A stretch of 64,000 bases of DNA from a virus (lineage: Duplodnaviria > Caudoviricetes), in the IMG/VR virus record IMGVR_UViG_3300028591_000096; one strand, written 5' to 3'. Positions 56,274-64,000 of the stretch are shown here, in pieces. Position numbers and translations under genes: made by a program. Below the pieces are notes generated by a model. That model searched no databases and had not been told where the DNA came from. It worked only from the letters and a program-made list of their open reading frames with translations. Position 1 is the stretch's first letter. Every line of letters begins with the position of its first letter.

Positions 56274-58235
56274 TTATTCTTGATTTTTTATTACACGATA
56301 ATTCTTAAGAAATTCTCTCATGCTATAATCTTCAGATGTTGCTGTTGATTCTTCAAGTTGTCTCACAAATTCTTCAAATGAATTGTTTGCTATCATTGCA
56401 CGTTTTTCATCTGATACACCTTGTGCTGCCATAGACTTCATTTCTGGACCATTATATATTCTATCAACAGCTGCGTTCATCATTTCACCTATAGATTGCA
56501 TAGCCGAAACCTGTTCTTTCTGAGGATTTGTTGCCAAACTTTTGGTTCCAATTATACTATCACTTACACCAGCATGTGTTGCAATAGAAACAGCTTCATT
56601 CATAGCTGTTGCGAATAACCCAGATCTGGCTGCATTTTGTGATGAACTTCCAGGTATATAGTTCATTCTGTTATTGTTATTTATAATTTCGTTTGGTAAT
56701 CTCTTTACACTTATTGTGTTTGCTTTAGATTGACCGACATTATCGTTAAGATTATGAAGATAATTAACTTGTCTATCACCAATTGAGGTATCAACGTATT
56801 TTTTATTAAGTGCATCATCATTGAGGAAATTACCAAGAAATGCAGCATTACTGTCTCTTGCTTGGAACAAAGTTCCAAACCTATTGATAGATTTTAGGTT
56901 GCCTTCTAATTGACCATCGACATTTATTCTATCGATAATCGTTTTCATATATCCGTCTTTACAAGCCTGTAATGTAGCATTCAAAGGATATGACTGCTTT
57001 TCTCTTACTTGTCCTACCTTTATTTTAATTTTTGGTCTTGGTGATGATGTATCTTTGTTTGATGAATTTAGTTCAGATATGTGCGATAATGTATTTTTAA
57101 TGTCAAATTCGCACATATGACATTCAAAACAAAGTGTAGGCATAACTTCATTTATAGCATTGTTACAATATTCAAGCTGATTCAATGCTCCAGTAATGGA
57201 GTCATAGACACCAAGTGCTGTATTTACTGTTCCTGATGTATAATTTAAAGCTTTTGTTATTATACTTTTTGTACCTAAGAATGATTGAGATACAGCAGTT
57301 GATTGTGTTAAATTATTGGAATCGTTTTTAACTAATCCCAAGAAACTACCACCAGATTCATCAACCTGTCCGTTGTATGTCATATTTCGATATGCTGCAT
57401 CTCCGAAATTCCAAATACCTACTGTTCCGTCCTCGTTCTTTACATCACTGAATAATCTTATCTCTGAAACGTATATTCTCATTCCGAAATATCTCATCAT
57501 ATCTGGTAATATCCATCTCTGATATACATCATCCCATACAATCTTTCTATAAAGCTGAAGAAGTTGTGTTATTTTAAGATCAAGTCCTTCCATGCATTCT
57601 AGTGTGATCTCACCTTCTTTTACACGTATACCTTCTTCTGGATTTATTGATGTTAGTGTATCGATTCCGCTTAGTGATGTGAAATAATACGGAAAGTTTT
57701 CCTGTATATCTTTTAATGCGCGTTTGAATGTATGTAGAAGCATAGCTCTTCCGTGATCACCGATGTTAAAATCAAGGTAATTCTCAGTTGAATACAATAT
57801 ACCAACAGAAGTATCTGTAGGTTTCATAGCGCTTTTTTCATCTCTTGTAAAGAAATCATTTAGAAAAGGTTCTGGCATATAGTCATACATCTGGCTGTAG
57901 AACGCAGTTCTTATAGCACTATCGTTGATTCCTTGGTTGTTATATACTGTGTTTCTCATTGTCATTTCTGGATCGTTGAACATAAATTCAACCCTAAATG
58001 AAAGATACGTTGGCTCATCAAAAGCTCTAGCAAAGAAATTTGGTACAAACTGACTATTTTGTGCAAGAAAACCATTTGTATTAAAGTCTCGTATAGCACC
58101 AACGGACATCTCTTTACCGTTAAGGCTTTTTATTTTCTTTATAATACTCCCAGTACTCCCAGCAATGTTTCCGAATGAGCTAAGGGCGTTTCCGTACCCT
58201 CCACCAATATTTAATATTTGATCTGTTATAGCCAT
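56274..58235 (-). CDS. Baseplate/tail-tube-associated structural protein
   Basis: 653 aa between the gp5-like and gp27-like genes. Confidence 0.55.
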   Translation of the reverse strand: MAITDQILNIGGGYGNALSSFGNIAGSTGSIIKKIKSLNGKEMSVGAIRDFNTNGFLAQNSQFVPNFFARAFDEPTYLSFRVEFMFNDPEMTMRNTVYNNQGINDSAIRTAFYSQMYDYMPEPFLNDFFTRDEKSAMKPTDTSVGILYSTENYLDFNIGDHGRAMLLHTFKRALKDIQENFPYYFTSLSGIDTLTSINPEEGIRVKEGEITLECMEGLDLKITQLLQLYRKIVWDDVYQRWILPDMMRYFGMRIYVSEIRLFSDVKNEDGTVGIWNFGDAAYRNMTYNGQVDESGGSFLGLVKNDSNNLTQSTAVSQSFLGTKSIITKALNYTSGTVNTALGVYDSITGALNQLEYCNNAINEVMPTLCFECHMCEFDIKNTLSHISELNSSNKDTSSPRPKIKIKVGQVREKQSYPLNATLQACKDGYMKTIIDRINVDGQLEGNLKSINRFGTLFQARDSNAAFLGNFLNDDALNKKYVDTSIGDRQVNYLHNLNDNVGQSKANTISVKRLPNEIINNNNRMNYIPGSSSQNAARSGLFATAMNEAVSIATHAGVSDSIIGTKSLATNPQKEQVSAMQSIGEMMNAAVDRIYNGPEMKSMAAQGVSDEKRAMIANNSFEEFVRQLEESTATSEDYSMREFLKNYRVIKNQE

Positions 58236-58238
58236 TTA

Positions 58239-59870
58239 TTATTCAGTTTTTTTATCTTTTGCTATAGCCTCTGGTGCTGGCCATTCTCTTCTTTTTAAAA
58301 CGTATTTTGTTGTATACGGTGAAACTCCTTCGTTGAATATAGGGTTGTATACATATTCAACACTGTCTACAATATAATATCCAGAATAAAATTTATTAAT
58401 CTGTCTGTGCTCATCGTTACCTGTTGCATTATTGTACATATCATTTTCAAATGAGTTTGTGAAACCTATTATAACAGGTATTCTTTCACCTTTCATTATC
58501 TGTAGATTTAGACCTTCACATACAACTTCTAGATACATTTTATTTAATTCATTGATATTCTGTGTATTATGATATGGTGCTCTATTGTAGTTTTTATGTA
58601 CGTTTCCAGACCACTCGTTTGGATTTTTTGTTTTATCATCATCGCTCATTACATATTCAACACCAGTCCATTCTGCTCTGTTATATGTTCCTATGTATTC
58701 ATGATTTACACGTGCCTGTTCGTTATCTGGATTTTTACCAGCTTCATATTTTGCTCTACCTCGAAGAAGTATGAACGAATCGGTTTTATTTTGATCATAT
58801 GCTGGAATGTTAGTAAGTTCTTCAAAACAATCATAATCCCCGCTATTAATTATATTCTGGTTATGCTTGAATGTAAAACTGGATGTACTGTATCCAGTTG
58901 ACATTGATATAGCTGATGATTGATTTATAGGATTCCATCTTCTTATTAAGAATGGTGTGTTTTTAAATTCTGACATTGTTGTAAGAACTTTAACTGACAT
59001 TCTTGCACTACCCACAGATGTATCAGTGGCTAATTGATTATACATATTCATGATATTCGTTGCAAAAGTAATATCTACATCTTCTTCATTTTCCGTAGAT
59101 AGAAGAAATTTGTTAACGTTTACAAAGCAGATGTTATAGTATAAATCAATCCATGCTTTAAAGAAAGATGTTTCGTTTTTCCACGAATGACTAATAACGT
59201 TTTCTATAAAAGTTTGAGTTGTTTCCCTACATTGTATCCAGTTCATGAAATCATCCGTATCATCAAAATCATTATATGCAAATCCTAAACCGAATTTTTT
59301 TGCAATCTCTTTCATTACAAACTTACTTGAGCCAGCAAATGCATCAATTGAAGTTCTTGAATCAAAAGCCTCTATAAAAAGCCTACCACTAAGTGATATA
59401 CTTGAACTCATTTCACCCCTTGTTGCATTAAATCCATTACAGTTTGTTATTACAAAATCATCTCTTAAATATGTAAGAGCAGCAGTATCAACACGTATGA
59501 ATATAGAAATTATATCTCCATCCTTTGGCATGTTTTTACTGATGAAATTAACATTTTCAAACATAAGATTTAATGATATTGTAGGCATAAATCCATCCAT
59601 TGATAGTGTCATTGATCTTATATTAGATCTTGATAGTATCATATCATTGATTCGTATCATAGGATAAACGAGACCAAGTTCGTCCATCTTTTTGTTTCCA
59701 CCTTGTTCTGTGGTTGGATCTGGTCCGTTATCTATAGACATTTCATCAAAACGTATAGTCTTATGAATTTCTGAGTCTTCAACAAGCCTCACGATATTGG
59801 AAGATTGTATATCTTGTGATTGATTATAAGATGAAGGTCTATCTGTTATGTTATTTAATATTAATTTCAT
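58239..59870 (-). CDS. Baseplate hub protein, gp27-like
   Basis: Position, plus KDGDIISIFIR, FFKAWIDLYYNICFVNV and FYSGYYIVDSVEY patterns. Confidence 0.6.
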   Translation of the reverse strand: MKLILNNITDRPSSYNQSQDIQSSNIVRLVEDSEIHKTIRFDEMSIDNGPDPTTEQGGNKKMDELGLVYPMIRINDMILSRSNIRSMTLSMDGFMPTISLNLMFENVNFISKNMPKDGDIISIFIRVDTAALTYLRDDFVITNCNGFNATRGEMSSSISLSGRLFIEAFDSRTSIDAFAGSSKFVMKEIAKKFGLGFAYNDFDDTDDFMNWIQCRETTQTFIENVISHSWKNETSFFKAWIDLYYNICFVNVNKFLLSTENEEDVDITFATNIMNMYNQLATDTSVGSARMSVKVLTTMSEFKNTPFLIRRWNPINQSSAISMSTGYSTSSFTFKHNQNIINSGDYDCFEELTNIPAYDQNKTDSFILLRGRAKYEAGKNPDNEQARVNHEYIGTYNRAEWTGVEYVMSDDDKTKNPNEWSGNVHKNYNRAPYHNTQNINELNKMYLEVVCEGLNLQIMKGERIPVIIGFTNSFENDMYNNATGNDEHRQINKFYSGYYIVDSVEYVYNPIFNEGVSPYTTKYVLKRREWPAPEAIAKDKKTE

Positions 59871-60475
59871 TATTTACTGTTTTTTAATGCTGAATTTAAG
59901 AATTCACCTAATGATGTTCCGTTTGTTGCACAGTTTACAATAGATGAATCTACTTTTGTTATCTGATCGTCAATGTCACCAAAATAAATCTTTCCATCTT
60001 TTATTGTTAATCCAGTATCTCCTGTCTTTGATATATTTGCTTCAGAATCTTTATTAGAACTAGGAATACTGATATTAACTTTATCTGATCCTGGTTTTTC
60101 TGGAACTTTGCTTTTATCTATGTATTTGTGATAATTTTTCACAGCGTCAAATACACCAGTATTATCAATTTCTGCATCTTTTACTGGATTATATATGTCT
60201 GACATCGATGCACAGTATATAAGATCATCTTTTTCTATTGCAAATGGGTTGTTTATTAATGAATATTTTAGTATCATTTCTGTATAGTCCGTAGTGCCAT
60301 AAAGTACATATGAGACAAGATCTGGTCTCATTTCATACTCTTTTCTTACTTTGTATACGCTGCAAATTTGAGTCATTGCTTTGTTTGGATCGAATATTCC
60401 ATCAGCAAGATCTATAACGTCGATACCTTGATCTATTTTGTATGTTCCTTTTGAGTCTAAAGTTCTTGTAAACAT
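59870..60475 (-). CDS. Baseplate wedge protein, gp53-like (LysM-related)
   Basis: YEMRPDLVSYVLYG...ILKYSLINNPF. Confidence 0.8.
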   Translation of the reverse strand: MFTRTLDSKGTYKIDQGIDVIDLADGIFDPNKAMTQICSVYKVRKEYEMRPDLVSYVLYGTTDYTEMILKYSLINNPFAIEKDDLIYCASMSDIYNPVKDAEIDNTGVFDAVKNYHKYIDKSKVPEKPGSDKVNISIPSSNKDSEANISKTGDTGLTIKDGKIYFGDIDDQITKVDSSIVNCATNGTSLGEFLNSALKNSK

Positions 60476-60493
60476 TTTTATTAATATTATTTT

Positions 60494-62686
60494 TTACATA
60501 TTCAGGCCCATTTGCCATGTATTTACATAATATGATGACACGGTTTGATGTGACATTAAAGTGTCTGTTGGTATCAATGATTTCATATTTTGTGTTGATC
60601 CATTATATATTACACCTTTATTTCTGAGTGGTGAATGTTCTGTTTTTGCTATAAATCTTGTTCCTCCTCCGAAATATGTATTTCTAACTTCATCATAAAC
60701 TTTACGTCCTTCTTCCGTATTTACATATCCAGTATTTTCATCAACTTTTGTCTCTCCATCCGCAGATGATCTAAAATTCTTTGGTAGTGTATATATTCTA
60801 CCAAAACCTCTGTTGAACATAGATTCGATAGCATCCCTGTCTCTACCTAATCCATGATCAAGTGTTATATCCGCTGTAAATCCTATAGGAAAATCGTCTG
60901 GTCCAAGTTCATTACTCCAGTTGAACTTAACATCTTTAACAATAAGATTTCCTATCATCGCTATAGGGTTGAGAGGGTTTCCAATTGTTAGATGCCAATC
61001 GCCAACAGGTTCACCAGTTAGAAGTGCTCTTTGACCCTCTATATATGGAACAGTCATACCTTTCATTGCTTTAGCGGCTATAACTTTTTGTATAGCCTTT
61101 GCTGTACCAGTACCAAGAACGTTTTGAAATTCTACTGCCGCTTTTTCTGTTTTTTCGTCTCTACCAGTTATTAAACCATATACTGCATCAATAGCACCTT
61201 TAAAAAGATTTGATATGAACTTAGCTGCATCTGGTAGGAAAGATGCAAGATAATCTTTACCATCAGAAAATACATGCTTTGTCAGTGTCATTACTGCTCC
61301 TTTTTTACCAAAAATCTCACCACGATAAAGTTTATTCATCGCATCTCCATATTTCCACGGATATACAGCTGGTCCAGAACATCTATATTTCCACATTCCT
61401 CCAAACCACGACCCAGACGAATATGTCAGTATAAGAATATTTGACATAAGATCGAGCAATACGGCTTTATTGTTTATACCAGCAATAGGTCTTGCAATAT
61501 AATCGAATTTAATTTTCAATCCGTCCTGTTTAAATTCAAGCCCTCTTTCTCTTCTCCATGTATTTGTTATGACATTAATTGGTCCAAGAATTCTGTTTGC
61601 ATATGGTCCATCTTTATAAGGATCTGGTGGAAGACTATTTGGCGCCCCGTCAAGATTTATAGTTTTTCCTCCAGAGACTTCACCTAAGAATCCCATGAAT
61701 TTAGCTATGACTCCGAGACCACTTGATATTCCATTAAAAGTATCATTTACAAGTTCATTTCCAGAATCATTTTGTTTCGAAGTTATTTCAGTTGGGTGTT
61801 GTTCATTATTTTTTAATTCTGTCCATCTATAATTAGCACTGAATGACATTATATCTGATAAATTATTTCCAGTTCCATCTCCAAAATATGTCACTGCTGT
61901 CGCAAGAGGTGTCCAGGGATTAATACTGTTTCTACCAGAATATTTTTTAACAACATTTCTACCATTTTCTTCTACAGTTACCTGATACATTCCGCTATTA
62001 TCTCCGCTAGAGGCAGCTTCACTTACAACATAGTCTGCAAATTCTATATTGTCTGTAACAGGTGCAGCATAACGTCTAAGTGTTATCATTCTGTTATTTT
62101 CTATCTTGTTCCACCATTTACAGAAAATGAAATCTTGGAAAGAATATGGCGTTTTTCCTCTCTCTGATTCATTGCCCCATTTTATAAGAGTTGTAGTTGT
62201 TGGGTTTTTTGAATAATTTCCAGCATATGTTGAATTACCATCAATTTCATAGAATCTTCTTTTATTGTAATGGTCATATGTTAAGAATTGATTAACAACA
62301 TTTGGAGCACCATGTGCACCAGCAAGCTTAACAAGAGCATAAGGATGAATAAATGAACGAGCTGCAAGATATTTGTTTTCGTTTACTTTGATAAACTTTT
62401 CAATAAATTCTTTTCTTTGCCGAAGACCTTGTTTAACCTTTGGTTGTTCGGTTTCATTAGTTTCTTCGATCATTCTTTCGACAGATGTCGGCGTTTCATG
62501 GAAGTCCATGACATATGATCCATAGTCGAAATGAGGGTAGAATAATTGACTGAAATCATGATTATCTTTCATATGTTCATTATACAGGACAAGATTTCGA
62601 TACAATCGCGCATCGAATAGATTCATTCTTCCATCGTTGATGAATTTTTCTTGTTCTCTTGAAATATCTATATTTGAATCTGCCAT
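60494..62686 (-). CDS. Baseplate tail-tube initiator, gp48/gp54-like
   Basis: WHLTIGNPLNPIAMIGNLIVKDVKF..GPDDFPIGFTADITL tube-like C-terminus next to gp53. Confidence 0.5.
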   Translation of the reverse strand: MADSNIDISREQEKFINDGRMNLFDARLYRNLVLYNEHMKDNHDFSQLFYPHFDYGSYVMDFHETPTSVERMIEETNETEQPKVKQGLRQRKEFIEKFIKVNENKYLAARSFIHPYALVKLAGAHGAPNVVNQFLTYDHYNKRRFYEIDGNSTYAGNYSKNPTTTTLIKWGNESERGKTPYSFQDFIFCKWWNKIENNRMITLRRYAAPVTDNIEFADYVVSEAASSGDNSGMYQVTVEENGRNVVKKYSGRNSINPWTPLATAVTYFGDGTGNNLSDIMSFSANYRWTELKNNEQHPTEITSKQNDSGNELVNDTFNGISSGLGVIAKFMGFLGEVSGGKTINLDGAPNSLPPDPYKDGPYANRILGPINVITNTWRRERGLEFKQDGLKIKFDYIARPIAGINNKAVLLDLMSNILILTYSSGSWFGGMWKYRCSGPAVYPWKYGDAMNKLYRGEIFGKKGAVMTLTKHVFSDGKDYLASFLPDAAKFISNLFKGAIDAVYGLITGRDEKTEKAAVEFQNVLGTGTAKAIQKVIAAKAMKGMTVPYIEGQRALLTGEPVGDWHLTIGNPLNPIAMIGNLIVKDVKFNWSNELGPDDFPIGFTADITLDHGLGRDRDAIESMFNRGFGRIYTLPKNFRSSADGETKVDENTGYVNTEEGRKVYDEVRNTYFGGGTRFIAKTEHSPLRNKGVIYNGSTQNMKSLIPTDTLMSHQTVSSYYVNTWQMGLNM

Positions 62687-63999
62687 TATCTTTGTCTACC
62701 CTTATATTCTTTATTCAGATAAGTATCAGCACTATCGTTAATTATAGCATTATGATCATTTCTGATATTATATGATACTAAATCCGTCAATTGTTTATCT
62801 ATTTCTTTATTAAACGAATTATACAGTCTGATATTTGTAATATTACCATTAGATGAATTAATATAGTAATTTTCTATTTCGACAGATTCGTATATTTCGT
62901 TTGCAATATTATCAACAGATGATATTCTTGTAAGTTTACCATCAACAGTTGTATATAAATCAACACTAAAGTTATCACCGAAATTAATAATAACACCATA
63001 CCATTTATCTGTTTTGATCTCTTCGGATGAAGGTATAAGTACTTCCTCTTCAGATGTTGATATTGAAATCATATTCAATCCCTTAACAGATATATTGAAC
63101 ACGTCACTATTTAACAATCCTATAACACTATCTGATGTTATAGCATATCCTGGCATGTTTTTCCATTGTGGTACTGTTTTATTAAGTTTTGTTATAAGAT
63201 CTCCATTAACTTTTATTCTGGATTTGCTTATAACGACACCAGGAATAACTATTGATCCTCTCTTTATAACAATATTTTCATTTTCATCAAATTTATTTCC
63301 TACTGATGTGTCTATGAAATATTCTCCACTTTCTTTAGATACAACTATAGATTCCTTGATATTCTTTATTGCTGTGTTCTTAATATCGTTAATTTTGAAC
63401 CAGCATGAAAGACATCTTTCATTTTCTGTTGATATAATGTCTGATCTCTTATATTCAACAATGTGTCTTACTGGTGAATCGAGGTTGTAATGATTCCTAG
63501 CAACAGTATGTCCGTCTATAACAAGATCCTCAGATATAATTGTTCTAGCATCAAGCGTTATAGAATCACTTGTGTTTGTTGGTGTAACCTTCTTATGTTT
63601 ATCCTTTGATGTTGAATCAAACAATGATAACTGATTATCGTCAACAATATCCTCAACATTCTTATGTATATCATCTCCGAATTTTTCCATAAGATTTGTT
63701 GTGTTATTCTCAATGCTTTCTCTGAGTTGTTCTCCAACAATTCTGTTTCTTGTCGGTGTGTATATTGAAAGATTAACTTTATATGATGTTAGTTGTCCTA
63801 CAAATTGCTTAAATGGTTGCATACTTACAACCTCCATTAACTTTCTTGTCATTGGTATGAAAACGATGTCACCCTTTTGAGGGATTGTTCCGTCGTTACC
63901 AGTAGCTTCATTCCAAATGCGTATTGGTATATCAAGAGTCATAGGTACATTAAAATTAATACCCATGATGTTATAAGTTATAGCAGCATCATCATAGCT
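62686..63999 (-). CDS. Neck protein, T4 gp14-like, with C-terminal beta-sandwich; 5'-truncated by the window edge
   Basis: IPQKGDIVFIPMTRKLMEV resembles gp14. The frame stays open upstream of 63966 to the window end. Confidence 0.6.
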   Translation of the reverse strand, partial: SYDDAAITYNIMGINFNVPMTLDIPIRIWNEATGNDGTIPQKGDIVFIPMTRKLMEVVSMQPFKQFVGQLTSYKVNLSIYTPTRNRIVGEQLRESIENNTTNLMEKFGDDIHKNVEDIVDDNQLSLFDSTSKDKHKKVTPTNTSDSITLDARTIISEDLVIDGHTVARNHYNLDSPVRHIVEYKRSDIISTENERCLSCWFKINDIKNTAIKNIKESIVVSKESGEYFIDTSVGNKFDENENIVIKRGSIVIPGVVISKSRIKVNGDLITKLNKTVPQWKNMPGYAITSDSVIGLLNSDVFNISVKGLNMISISTSEEEVLIPSSEEIKTDKWYGVIINFGDNFSVDLYTTVDGKLTRISSVDNIANEIYESVEIENYYINSSNGNITNIRLYNSFNKEIDKQLTDLVSYNIRNDHNAIINDSADTYLNKEYKGRQR

Positions 64000-64000
64000 A

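Noticed and set aside
1326-63740. The many 60-200 aa antisense or nested ORFs in the track
   Set aside because: They lie opposite or inside well-supported genes and show antisense-type composition.
1-64000. Active TAG-to-Gln recoding in this window
   Set aside because: All genes are full length in the standard code, and the Gln-rich tract contains no in-frame TAG.
1-64000. tRNA, rRNA or integrase genes
   Set aside because: The intergenic gaps are short and AT-rich; no cloverleaf or recombinase motifs recognised.

Overview
AT-rich, densely coding segment of a large T4-like (myoviral) jumbo phage, read in the standard genetic code. The host is probably an anaerobic Bacteroidota species, inferred from three identical Bacteroidota-type -7 promoter boxes plus nrdD/nrdG; relatedness to Lak-like gut megaphages is plausible but not shown. 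Replication/repair genes: denV, RuvC-like resolvase, gp32 SSB, gp46/47, gp41 helicase, an orphan MTase and an anaerobic ribonucleotide reductase. Late genes: a gp55-like sigma, tail/baseplate/neck genes (gp15, gp3, gp26/gp51, gp5, gp27, gp53, gp48, gp14-like) and many probable head-packaged proteins rich in (I/L/V)-x-E motifs. Best leads: (1) nrdD carries a LAGLIDADG intein and is also broken into two genes by an inserted endonuclease-methyltransferase fusion ORF, with intein-like remnants at the break; (2) a late operon of coiled-coil protein, MoxR AAA+, HExxH peptidase and giant VWA protein with a prion-like Q/N/G tract, which looks virion-packaged; (3) a probable +1 ribosomal frameshift (ACC_UUU_CGA) fusing the gp26-like and gp51-like ORFs; (4) three promoter classes readable from sequence, including an unrecognised bipartite TAATCRTT-N13-CGTATAAT motif; (5) a degenerate SET-domain protein. 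All family calls are by visual motif recognition, not database search.
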